Positions 22,439-31,928 of a stretch of 64,000 bases of DNA are shown here, piece after piece. Source of the stretch: Bacteroidota bacterium (GTDB lineage: Bacteria; Bacteroidota; Ignavibacteria; Kryptoniales; JAKASW01); the NCBI GenBank assembly GCA_021789975.1, contig JAJYIT010000009.1, positions 14,557-78,556 of the forward strand, given 5' to 3'. The position numbers were made by a program, and so were the translations under genes. The notes beneath the pieces were generated by a model. It did no database searches, was not told the origin of the DNA, and worked only from the letters and a program-made list of their open reading frames with translations. Each line of letters starts with the position of its first letter. The first letter of the stretch is position 1.

Positions 22439-25400
22439 GTGCTTTATAAGTATGTTTCGATAGGCTACACCGCAACAAACCTCCTCCTTGCGCTGATCAT
22501 CTATTTGAAGGGGGCAAAAACCACAATTGTCCGGTTCTACGCGTTCCTTGTGATTTCCTTGGTTGCATTCGGGAGTTGCGGGTTTCTGGCCACGACGCAT
22601 CTATCATCCGACGTCGGCGCTCTCGTAACAGCAATTGCTGCATTTCTTTTCGCTCTTTTCCCGTTCTTCTTCCTTCATTTTATGATTGTGATGGTTCGAC
22701 GCGAGGAGCTTCTCCGCTCGCCGGTGACGCTCACCTTTGTTTATTTTGGCGGGTTGTTCAGTTATACATTTGAACTTCTCGGTATGCTGCCGAAGCCGGT
22801 GGTCGTGGGAGCAGGGCTATCCATGATGGGTTATCTCTTCTTTGTAACCTGGATGTCTGTTGTGTTCAGTATCGGCATTGCTTTGCTCTTCACTTTCCTC
22901 AGGGGATTTTCAGACAAGGGTCAGAAATCAAACCTGCTGATTGGCGGTTTTGCACTTTTGCTCCTCCTGTTTCCTGGGCCGTTCACCGAATCAATTTTTG
23001 TTGCTTTCTTTCCGAAAACTCTTGGGATCTATTTTGTGTCGTCGCTCCTTTCTCTTGTGATCGCGCTTTACTTCGTGTTCAGGCACAAGATTATCGTAAA
23101 CACGATTTATGATGCCATGAAATCGGCAGTCACATTCATGGGAGATGTGCTGTTCCGGACGGACGATATACTGAATATTCAGCTTGTGCGAGGCGGTGCG
23201 GCAGCACTTCTGGGTTACAACGAAAACGAGATGGTCGGGAAGAGTCTTCTCGATCTTACTCCGCAGCCAGATCTCATACGGATGCACCGGGATAGGGTCC
23301 TCGATGGAAAAGAGGAGCAAGCGGTGATTGATCTGGACTTGCTGTCCAAGCGCGGTTTGAGCGTTCCAGTAAATCTATCGTTGTCTGCGGTCGTAGAGAC
23401 CGGCCAGGTCATCGGCTTTGTAGGCGTCGGTAGGGATATGACTGAGAGAAGGCGCTCGGAGATGCTGCAGGCAGCACTGTACAGACTCGGTGAGATAACT
23501 CGCACGACTGAAAATCTCAGAGAGTTTTCAAAAGAAACTTACGACATCATCTATCACTTGATTCCTACAAACAATTTCTACCTCGGTGTCCGTGATGCAA
23601 TGACAGGAGAACTGGTCTATCCTTTTTACACGAATGAGCTTTACAATCTTCCAGGCAAGCACCCGGGTATAGATGCATTCAATGAACAGGTAATGCTAAG
23701 CGGGAACCCATCGATTCTTACTATCAACGAGGCCAGGGAGCTCGGTGAGAGAGAGGAACAGGTAGTAGGCCGCAAGATGCCGACCGATTGGATCGGAGTG
23801 CCTTTAAAGACCGGTTCAGGTACGATTGGTATCATCGGAATAGAGAACTATTCGCCGGTCACAAAGTTCGGAAACGAAGAGGAAAATATTTTGTCTCTTC
23901 TGTCCGGACAGATCGCGGCAGCAATAGAGAGAAAACAATCGGATGAAAAGATACTGGAACAGGCAGCTCTTCTTAATAAGACCCAGGATGCGGTGATCCT
24001 GGAAGCGATAGACGGCACGATAATGTTTTGGAACCAGGCTGCGTACAAAATATTCGGCTGGACCAGTGAAGAAGCGTTGGGGAAAAAGCTCTCCGACTTG
24101 TACCGGAATTTGTCTTTCTTCCCTCTGTCTTTTGCCCGGGAATCAGTGTTGAAGGAGGGAGAGTGGTCGGGGGAAGTCGTCAGATCGAATCGAGCGGGAG
24201 CCGAAGTCGTCCTTGATTGCAGATGGAAGCTTCTCTACGATGGCGACGGAAATCCGAAATCCATTATGCAGGTGTGTACGGATGTAACGGAGAAGAAGAA
24301 ACTCGAGGCTCAATTTATGCGAGCCCAGCGCCTGGAAAGCATAGGAACATTGGCAGGCGGAATAGCCCACGACCTGAATAACGTTCTCTCTCCGATTATG
24401 ATGGCAGTGAGGACTCTTAAACTGAAGCTGACCGACGAGGATAGTGAGAAGATCCTTCAAGCTCTTGAGTCGAGCGCAAAGCGCGGCGCCGACATGGTCA
24501 GACAAGTTCTGATGTTCGGACGCGGGGCCCAAGGCGACCGTTTGGTGTTACAACCGAGACATGTCATTAGGGAGATCGTGAACATCGCTACGGAAACTTT
24601 CCAGAAGTCGATCCTGATTCAGCAGTCGGTGCCGAAGGACTTGTGGACCGTTATGGGAGATGCTACACAGATACATCAGGTCTTACTAAACTTGTGTGTC
24701 AACGCCAGAGATGCGATGCCGGATGGTGGTGTCCTGGAAGTCACTGCTGACAATGTGGTGCTAAACGAAGATCTTGCGAAGATAAACATAGACGCGAAAA
24801 AGGGGAAGTACGTCGTAATCACGGTAAAAGACTCAGGGAGAGGGATACCGCCAAATCTTCTTGACAAGATATTTGAACCCTTCTTCACTACGAAGGAGAT
24901 CGGCAAGGGAACAGGACTTGGACTTTCTACTGCCCTGGCATTGGTTAAAGGCCACGGCGGATTTCTCAATGTGTACAGTGAGATTAACAGGGGATCCTCA
25001 TTCAAGGTTTTCTTGCCCGCGACCGACCTTGTCGAACCCGGTACGCCGATAGAGTTCGATATGGATCGATTCGTCGGACACGGAGAACTCATTTTGGTCG
25101 TGGATGATGAATCTTCTATACGTGAAATAGCCAGAGCGACATTGGAAGCTTACGGTTATAAAGTGGTTGTTGCCAGAGATGGCGCCGAGGCGATCGCTGT
25201 GTTTGCTAAGAACATGGGGAAGATTAAACTCGTGATTATAGATAACATGATGCCGGTCCTCGATGGCAAATCGGCTATACCTGCGCTCCGCCGTATGGAA
25301 ACCGCTGCTAAGATAATCGCGACCAGCGGTTTTCAACAGGAAGCAACGGGTATAATTCCGGACCAAATCGACGGATTTCTCGGCAAGCCGTTCACGGGCG

Positions 25401-25447
25401 AAATGCTACTGACGACGGTCCATGAAATCCTGAACGACCAAGACTGA
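22439..25447 (+). CDS. Hybrid sensor histidine kinase (multi-TM sensor, PAS/GAF/PAS, HisKA, HATPase, receiver)
   Basis: The first ~215 aa contain roughly 7 hydrophobic helices. PAS-like segments carry TERR and TEKK linkers. H-box GGIAHDLNNVLSPI. ATPase boxes DSGRGIP...FEPFFTTK..GKGTGLGLS. Receiver ILVVDDESSIRE...IIDNMMPVLDG...K. Confidence 0.88.
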   Translation: MLYKYVSIGYTATNLLLALIIYLKGAKTTIVRFYAFLVISLVAFGSCGFLATTHLSSDVGALVTAIAAFLFALFPFFFLHFMIVMVRREELLRSPVTLTFVYFGGLFSYTFELLGMLPKPVVVGAGLSMMGYLFFVTWMSVVFSIGIALLFTFLRGFSDKGQKSNLLIGGFALLLLLFPGPFTESIFVAFFPKTLGIYFVSSLLSLVIALYFVFRHKIIVNTIYDAMKSAVTFMGDVLFRTDDILNIQLVRGGAAALLGYNENEMVGKSLLDLTPQPDLIRMHRDRVLDGKEEQAVIDLDLLSKRGLSVPVNLSLSAVVETGQVIGFVGVGRDMTERRRSEMLQAALYRLGEITRTTENLREFSKETYDIIYHLIPTNNFYLGVRDAMTGELVYPFYTNELYNLPGKHPGIDAFNEQVMLSGNPSILTINEARELGEREEQVVGRKMPTDWIGVPLKTGSGTIGIIGIENYSPVTKFGNEEENILSLLSGQIAAAIERKQSDEKILEQAALLNKTQDAVILEAIDGTIMFWNQAAYKIFGWTSEEALGKKLSDLYRNLSFFPLSFARESVLKEGEWSGEVVRSNRAGAEVVLDCRWKLLYDGDGNPKSIMQVCTDVTEKKKLEAQFMRAQRLESIGTLAGGIAHDLNNVLSPIMMAVRTLKLKLTDEDSEKILQALESSAKRGADMVRQVLMFGRGAQGDRLVLQPRHVIREIVNIATETFQKSILIQQSVPKDLWTVMGDATQIHQVLLNLCVNARDAMPDGGVLEVTADNVVLNEDLAKINIDAKKGKYVVITVKDSGRGIPPNLLDKIFEPFFTTKEIGKGTGLGLSTALALVKGHGGFLNVYSEINRGSSFKVFLPATDLVEPGTPIEFDMDRFVGHGELILVVDDESSIREIARATLEAYGYKVVVARDGAEAIAVFAKNMGKIKLVIIDNMMPVLDGKSAIPALRRMETAAKIIATSGFQQEATGIIPDQIDGFLGKPFTGEMLLTTVHEILNDQD

Positions 25448-26008
25448 GTAAGTCAGTACCGCAATAGCGATTGGAAAAAGTCGGTGACTCTTGCTCGCCT
25501 GCGTTTACGAGAGGACCTTTCCTATAGCGCGTTGCAGCACTTTCTTTTGGAAACAAAGAACGATGCCTGAGATCGGACAGGGTCGGTAAGGCCTGGCCAA
25601 CAAATCTCTGACCTCAGTACTCCCGGCAACCTTGACGACCCTCTTAATTACATGCCGGACGGGTCAAAAGCCCTACGCCAGCAGACCGAGGAGGTCGTTG
25701 GACAGGCGCACGGGAAGGATCTCATCTGCAATCTGACCAGTAGCAATGATTCATGTTTCCCCACCATTTCAAGCCTTTCGGTTGCGCAATAGACTATCCC
25801 AAAAGCTGGTAGTGGCTCAATTTCAATTCACACGTCACCCCGAACCCTGGACTGATACGCTCCAGGTCAGGCTTGTTTCGGGGTCTAAAATCAGATGTTG
25901 AACCGAATTCAACATGACGGAATACTTCAAAGTGAACCAGTACTCAAAATCTCATGTAATTGCTCTTAAGACCCAGTGGGCGTAAATTAGAGAAAACTGG
26001 AGAACTTT

Positions 26009-27016
26009 TTGAGTGGTTTCAATTTTGATAGGTTAAGTCAAATTTTCGACGGCTTTAAGGGAAAGAGGGTCGCCGTGCTTGGTGATTTGATGCTGGATCG
26101 ATATGTTTGGGGCAACGTCTCAAGAATATCGCCTGAAGCACCGGTACCCGTACTTGAAGTGGAAAGTGAGTCATCACGACTTGGTGGAGCAGCCAACGTG
26201 GCAAACAACATCAGGGCTTTGGGCGCCGACCCGATTCTGATAGGGTTGGTTGGTGACGATGAGGCTGGAAAACAACTGGGGAAAATTCTCGATGAGTCGA
26301 AGCTGTCTGCCAAAGGTATCATTCTCGATCCGTCCCGGCCGACGACGGTCAAAACAAGGGTGATCGCGCACGGCCAGCATGTGGTAAGGATGGATCATGA
26401 AGTCAGACGAGATATCGAAAGTAAGATCGTAGAGAAAGTTTTGCGACTCCTCGAGTCGATGGAGACTGAAATCGACGCCATACTTATTGAAGACTATAAT
26501 AAGGGGATGTTGACGAAATCACTTCTGGAGCAAGTAATTGATTTCGCGGGGAAGAGCAAGAAGATCGTGAGTGTAGATCCGAAGCAAAACAATTTCTTTG
26601 AGTACAAGAGGGTTACAGTATTTAAGCCAAACCGCAAAGAAGCGGAGGGAGCGCTTGGATTGGCTGCAGGGTCTGACGATGAAAGCGTCTTAGCTGCAAA
26701 AGAATTACTAAAACGCCTGGAGTGTGAGTATGTCCTTTTGACCCGAGGCGAGAAAGGCATGACGCTCGTTGAAAGAGACGGCACCTTTGCCCACTTTCCC
26801 ACTAAGGCGAGGAAAGTAGCCGATGTCTCCGGCGCTGGTGATACTGTCATTTCGACGCTCACCGTTGCCCTGGTGTCAGGGGCATCCGTCAAAGAAGCAT
26901 CGGCTATTGCCAACCATGCAGGCGGCATCGTGTGCGGCGAAGTCGGAATCATTCCCGTTAACAAGGACAGACTATTCAGTGAAGTACTTAACGATTCAAA
27001 GTCGCTGGAATTCTGA
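26009..27016 (+). CDS. hldA: D-glycero-beta-D-manno-heptose-7-phosphate kinase (RfaE domain I type, PfkB family)
   Basis: VAVLGDLMLDRYVWG, GGAANVANN and the C-terminal DVSGAGDTVISTL PfkB signature. GGAGA RBS 5 nt upstream of TTG 26009. Confidence 0.8.
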   Translation: MSGFNFDRLSQIFDGFKGKRVAVLGDLMLDRYVWGNVSRISPEAPVPVLEVESESSRLGGAANVANNIRALGADPILIGLVGDDEAGKQLGKILDESKLSAKGIILDPSRPTTVKTRVIAHGQHVVRMDHEVRRDIESKIVEKVLRLLESMETEIDAILIEDYNKGMLTKSLLEQVIDFAGKSKKIVSVDPKQNNFFEYKRVTVFKPNRKEAEGALGLAAGSDDESVLAAKELLKRLECEYVLLTRGEKGMTLVERDGTFAHFPTKARKVADVSGAGDTVISTLTVALVSGASVKEASAIANHAGGIVCGEVGIIPVNKDRLFSEVLNDSKSLEF

Positions 27017-27492
27017 TGGCGAATATTTTCTCAGTCCAGGATCTTGCTATTATTCTGCGAAAGCTCCAGGCCGACGGGAAGAAAGTCGTTTTCACAAACG
27101 GCGTGTTTGACATTATTCACAGGGGACACGTTGACTACCTGAATCGCGCGCGGGAACTCGGCGATTGTTTGGTGGTAGCTGTCAACTCGGATGAAAGTGT
27201 CAAGAGGATCAAAGGCAGTACACGACCGATCGTAAACGATGATGACAGGGCATTCGTTGTCTCCTACATCAGATGTGTAGACTACGTTTGCATCTTTGGA
27301 GAAGACACGCCCTACGAAACGATAAGAATTCTTCAGCCGGATATTCTTGTCAAAGGTGCCGACTGGAAAGTGGAAGATGTGGTTGGTAAAGATATCGTGG
27401 AGGCTCATGGCGGGAAGGTTGTGACTATCAAATACATCGACGGCCGATCCACAACCAATATCATCAAGAAGATACTTGAAGTTATGAAGTAA
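27016..27492 (+). CDS. hldC: D-glycero-beta-D-manno-heptose-1-phosphate adenylyltransferase (RfaE domain II type)
   Basis: Cytidylyltransferase motif FTNGVFDIIHRGHVDYL and C-terminal RSTTNIIKKI. 1-nt TGATG overlap with hldA. Confidence 0.85.
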   Translation: MANIFSVQDLAIILRKLQADGKKVVFTNGVFDIIHRGHVDYLNRARELGDCLVVAVNSDESVKRIKGSTRPIVNDDDRAFVVSYIRCVDYVCIFGEDTPYETIRILQPDILVKGADWKVEDVVGKDIVEAHGGKVVTIKYIDGRSTTNIIKKILEVMK

Positions 27493-30400
27493 TGACTCGT
27501 GCCATGCGCAAGCGGGTCTTCCTACCCATTTTTGTCCTCTTTATTTTTCTTCCGCTACTAATCTTTGCATTCTCTTTTACAAGATTTTTCAACGACGAGC
27601 TAAGGAGTACCCTGACCTCAGTAGTCGACTCTGGCACGAACGCGAGGCTCTATCTCGGACAAATAAGAGGTAGCATTTTCGGGTCCTTTGAAATTGATGG
27701 GGCAGCACTTTACTACCACGACTCTCCTATAGCGCTGGTGGATACGGTTAAGATTTCTCACCTTCCTCTCTCCCTTATAACGAAGACGATCGAAGTCCTG
27801 AAGGTACGGCTCGTGCGACCGAGGTTCTTTCTGACGCGCCTGAGAGACGGCACCTACAACATAGATCATATTGGAAAAGGACAATCTCGACCCGGCGGAA
27901 AATTCAATTGGACCTTATTGCTGAAATCGGTCAACATGGATCGGGGAGAATTCTACTACGCGGATTCATCCGGTCAGGAAATCCGCGATACGCGAGCAGA
28001 CTCCGTAAGAGGAAATGTGCTCGACCCATCTAATTTCCAGGTTGCAGGTATCTCACTTAAAGCCTCTGCGGCACTTGCAGGTGATAATCTTTCAGTCAAT
28101 GTAAAAGCTCTCTCCCTTGGGCTGGTTCGTCCTCGACTTAGGATAGATTCGCTCTCATTTGATTTCTTCACGTCCGAAAGCGGCACTGAACTCTCCGGCT
28201 TAAAGCTCCGTTCCGGACGGACTTTCGTTAGAGCTGATCTAACTCTAATGGGAAGAAGTCTCCTTGATTCTCTTGGTCTTCATCGACTAAGATCCAGGCA
28301 TATTGACGCTGATGTAGAAGCCAGGGAGGTCAACTTCAGGACGGTGGACGACTTTATCAAACTTCCCCTGAGGCCAACTCGTGAATTCTCGCTTTCTCTT
28401 TTGCTAAATGGTGATCTCGATACGCTGAGCCTCAGTAGGGTCTCACTTCGAACGGCCGGGTCAGAACTGAGAGCGTCGGGAGCTTTATACGCTATCGCGG
28501 ATTCGTCCACTGGTGTCGACTTGACAACCGAAGGGTCCACCGTCGATATGTCTGAACTTGATTCCTTGCTTGAGATCCAGGGCATGCCTGAATTTTCGGG
28601 ACTTGGGGTGATGGATGCTGATGGCCGGGTGGTCGGAACATTAGGAGATATGCGTGTAAAACTTCACCTTCGAAACAAGACTTCTGATATTGTTGGTTCG
28701 TCGATCATTTCGCGGAAAAACTACAGAGGTGATGTCGCTTTTAGAGGTGTCGATATAAATCAATTTCTAGGAAAGGAAGCACCTCCTACCTTTCTCAACG
28801 GAAAAGTCACCTTCAATTTGTCCTCCCACGGGACCTATGTTCCTGAGGGAGAATTGACTTTGTCGATCGATTCATCTCGATACCGCGGTACGAATCTCCA
28901 TCAACTATCGCTGTTTGCCGACTCCCACAAGGATAGCATCCATATCTCCCTCAACGCAGCTACCTCAGCCGGCAACCTCGACGGACATGGAGCGGTAAAC
29001 ATTTTATCAAAAACTTATTCCGGACAGTTTGAGCTGGGTGAGCTTGACTTGGCCTCGTTTGTAATGATGCCTGCTGTTAGCGGAAGCTTGACCGGCAGAT
29101 TCCAAATTGACGGAACCGGATTCGACATTGATTCTCTGAAGTCCAAGGCGTCATTCCTTAGCGACAACTCGTCAATTGGAGATCTTCCTCTGGGGAATTC
29201 GGCCATTGCAGTGCTGGCCAACACGGAAGGAAATCGTAAAGAACTTGCAGTGAATTCCTCCTTCATTGATGCGAGTGCAGTGGGGAAATTCGATCCTCGA
29301 TCTCTACCGTCAGATTTGTCGAAGGTGCTTAGCCGCCTGGCGGAAAAATTCAGTTCTCGGTTGACAGGCAGAAATGACAGTTTAGGTAGAACGATGGAGA
29401 TGACTCCTGACCTCAATTTGACTCTTGAAGCTAAGCTCAAGGATGCCAGGCTACTTGGCAGATTTCTCGGGAATACCAACCTTAATGGTAACCCGCAAGC
29501 AAGCCTCAGGCTGGTGTCTGATGGCAGGGCGTTTTCCCTCCACGGGTCTGTTTTGCTTGACTCATTGAACATAACTCAGGATTCGCTCCGGATAAGTGCA
29601 GACAGTGCAGACGTGAGGTTTGGCTTGAATTCTGCTAGTGATCTTTCTCCATGGAGTTCGGGGAACTGGTTCTTGAATGGCAGTGTAGGGGGCCTGGACG
29701 TAAATGGTACAGAGCTAGGTATGAAGATGCTGCGTGTAAGTTACAACGCGCCTGACTCTTCTATCGATACTCTTTCCGTAATGGCGCTTGGATCGGTTAA
29801 TACGTTTCTCAGCTATTACATTGACGCTGCAGGAGAAGCTACTGCTGATACTTTTAAAATCGTCGCAAAGTCTTTATTAGGAAAGCTCTATGGTGTTTCA
29901 CTTACGAACCAGACTCCCGTCTCAATTCAGTATTCGCCTCAAACTTTATCGGTCACGCCCTCTACGTTTGCTGCGGACTTCAATGGAAATTCGGTTGGAT
30001 CGAAATCCGAAGTAAAAGTCACGGGGAGTTATTCGATAAAAGACGGGGCAAATCTTCGGTTCCTGTTCAAAGACATAGCTATGAGGTCATTGCAGGGACT
30101 TGCAAACCTTGATACCAACAGCCTGAAGCTTGATGGAAATGTGAGCGGCGATGCGAGTCTCAGTAATCCCGATGGCAAAATCATGACTTCGATAGATTTC
30201 TCAGGCAAAGACATTCAATACAATTACAACAAATCCAAGCTGATCGAAGGCAACGTTCAAGTCGATCCTAATAACCTCGCGCTTGATGTTCACCTTTCCA
30301 GCGGAAACGATTCGACAGTCAACGTCCTTCGCGTGAATGGGAATATCCCCTTGAGCGCGAAATCGTCGAGAAAAATGGAGATCAGGACAAATGCCGACTC

Positions 30401-31886
30401 GTTGAATATATCATTTCTGAGGCCGTTTCTTCCTGGCGTAGAAAAACTTGACGGAATCGTGTATGGCAAAATGTTGGTTTCCGGAGACTACACAAATCCG
30501 CTGTTTGCCGGCAATTTGGATGTGAAAGGTGGTTCGATTCGTCTCGCTGCGAATGAGATCGACTATTCATTTGACGGCAGCTTGACAGGAAAGAATAGCG
30601 GTATTGACCTCCAGCGTTTTGCAATTCGGGACGCACGCGGTCGGCATAGCGACACTATGATGGCCGACGGAACTTTGACGGTTTCCCGGAACACGATTTC
30701 AAATTTCGATGTCACGCTGAACGGGTCTCTCCTTGCTTTGAACTCTGCGGCCAATCATAGCGTGAACGGTATCTATGGCACAGCAGTCGTCGGTTCAGGG
30801 GAGCAGGGGTTGAGATTGGAGGGAAGTATGTCGAGGCCCATGCTCGAAGGTAGCGTAAGGATCCAAAGCGCAGATTTGACATTGCTTCCGATACAGCGGA
30901 CCGGCGCCTCGACTGCACAGGATATAGTCTATGTGTTTCCTGTTGACAGCACGGCGAAGAAAACAGCCGTTGCCAGCTTAGCCTCCCACTCCGGCTCAAT
31001 CCAGCAGCCCGGTGGCTCCGGAAGCTTTGTGGATAGCCTCAGATACAATGTGGATGTAGAGACGCAGGAGAACATGAGTCTTCGTATGATTTTCAATCCG
31101 GTCACCAACGATGAACTTGATGCTCTCCTTGTCGGTAGGTTGCATCTTTCTAACTTGTCCGGAGCGATGGAGCTGACAGGTGATGTTGATGTTCAGGACA
31201 ATTCCTATTACGATTTCTACGGAAAGCAGTTTGCTGCTACTGGTAAGCTTAGATTCACCGGGAATCCCGTCAACCCGACTCTGGATATTACCGCTCAATA
31301 CCAGGGGGATTACTATCCGGTGAACGACACATCTTCACAGAAGGGTCCGCAGCCAGTTGTTGTCAAACTGAGGATCACCGGCACCTTCGACAAGCTCAAT
31401 CCTGCGGAGATTTCTCTGACAGTCAATAATGCGCCGTTTCAGGGTGGTGACCCTCAGGCCAATGCTATTTCATTTATAGTGTTCAACGAGCTGGAAAGTG
31501 ATTTGACAGCTGCCCAGAGGCAGAGTTTCGAAGCAGCGGGCGCAGGAGTGGGTACTTCGCTGCTTAACGGCGTGTTAACCTCTTACCTTAGCCGCGCGGT
31601 CCCCATCATACGAAGTGCTGAGGTACGATACAATTCAACCCAGGGAATCACAAACCCGGATATCGGTATCACAAGCCAGATTGGCAATGCTACCGTCAGG
31701 GTCGCGACGCCGCTTCTGTTCAACGATATAAGCAATACTGACCTTAGCATAGATTATCCGATAGCAAGCATACTCGGAAATCGCGTCTATGTTCAGCTTT
31801 CTAGAAAAGTTTCGCTGAACAGCAGGTTTTACTACCAGCGTGAAACCGTGAATATGATGAGACTTTTTTACCAGCTCAGCTTTTGA
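27492..31886 (+). CDS. tamB: TamB-like translocation and assembly module protein (DUF490-type C-terminus)
   Basis: 1464 aa with an N-terminal TM anchor (VFLPIFVLFIFLPLLIFAF). The body is a very long beta-rich repetitive region, and the C-terminal ~300 aa show a DUF490-like pattern. 1-nt TAATG overlap with hldC. Confidence 0.65.
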   Translation: MTRAMRKRVFLPIFVLFIFLPLLIFAFSFTRFFNDELRSTLTSVVDSGTNARLYLGQIRGSIFGSFEIDGAALYYHDSPIALVDTVKISHLPLSLITKTIEVLKVRLVRPRFFLTRLRDGTYNIDHIGKGQSRPGGKFNWTLLLKSVNMDRGEFYYADSSGQEIRDTRADSVRGNVLDPSNFQVAGISLKASAALAGDNLSVNVKALSLGLVRPRLRIDSLSFDFFTSESGTELSGLKLRSGRTFVRADLTLMGRSLLDSLGLHRLRSRHIDADVEAREVNFRTVDDFIKLPLRPTREFSLSLLLNGDLDTLSLSRVSLRTAGSELRASGALYAIADSSTGVDLTTEGSTVDMSELDSLLEIQGMPEFSGLGVMDADGRVVGTLGDMRVKLHLRNKTSDIVGSSIISRKNYRGDVAFRGVDINQFLGKEAPPTFLNGKVTFNLSSHGTYVPEGELTLSIDSSRYRGTNLHQLSLFADSHKDSIHISLNAATSAGNLDGHGAVNILSKTYSGQFELGELDLASFVMMPAVSGSLTGRFQIDGTGFDIDSLKSKASFLSDNSSIGDLPLGNSAIAVLANTEGNRKELAVNSSFIDASAVGKFDPRSLPSDLSKVLSRLAEKFSSRLTGRNDSLGRTMEMTPDLNLTLEAKLKDARLLGRFLGNTNLNGNPQASLRLVSDGRAFSLHGSVLLDSLNITQDSLRISADSADVRFGLNSASDLSPWSSGNWFLNGSVGGLDVNGTELGMKMLRVSYNAPDSSIDTLSVMALGSVNTFLSYYIDAAGEATADTFKIVAKSLLGKLYGVSLTNQTPVSIQYSPQTLSVTPSTFAADFNGNSVGSKSEVKVTGSYSIKDGANLRFLFKDIAMRSLQGLANLDTNSLKLDGNVSGDASLSNPDGKIMTSIDFSGKDIQYNYNKSKLIEGNVQVDPNNLALDVHLSSGNDSTVNVLRVNGNIPLSAKSSRKMEIRTNADSLNISFLRPFLPGVEKLDGIVYGKMLVSGDYTNPLFAGNLDVKGGSIRLAANEIDYSFDGSLTGKNSGIDLQRFAIRDARGRHSDTMMADGTLTVSRNTISNFDVTLNGSLLALNSAANHSVNGIYGTAVVGSGEQGLRLEGSMSRPMLEGSVRIQSADLTLLPIQRTGASTAQDIVYVFPVDSTAKKTAVASLASHSGSIQQPGGSGSFVDSLRYNVDVETQENMSLRMIFNPVTNDELDALLVGRLHLSNLSGAMELTGDVDVQDNSYYDFYGKQFAATGKLRFTGNPVNPTLDITAQYQGDYYPVNDTSSQKGPQPVVVKLRITGTFDKLNPAEISLTVNNAPFQGGDPQANAISFIVFNELESDLTAAQRQSFEAAGAGVGTSLLNGVLTSYLSRAVPIIRSAEVRYNSTQGITNPDIGITSQIGNATVRVATPLLFNDISNTDLSIDYPIASILGNRVYVQLSRKVSLNSRFYYQRETVNMMRLFYQLSF

Positions 31887-31928
31887 CCGATGTCTCCCAC
31901 GTAAGTGGCAGGCAATCCTATTCCAGTA

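Noticed and set aside
25445-25570. The idea that TGA is recoded, because the kinase frame stays open past two TGAs.
   Set aside because: Many genes in the window clearly terminate at TGA, with the next gene starting at or overlapping it (16147-16149, 51078-51080, 53606-53608, 27014-27016). Genome-wide TGA reassignment is therefore not supported.
25500-25880. Possible RNase P RNA (AGGAAAGGTCC on the minus strand) or SRP RNA (CCAGGTCAGG on the plus strand).
   Set aside because: The RNase P-like motif sits at the wrong end relative to other expected elements, and no GGTAAG..ACAGAA P4 partner context is found. The SRP-like decamer is not followed by GGAAGGAAGCAGC. Both are probably chance matches. 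The region is kept only as an unclassified candidate.
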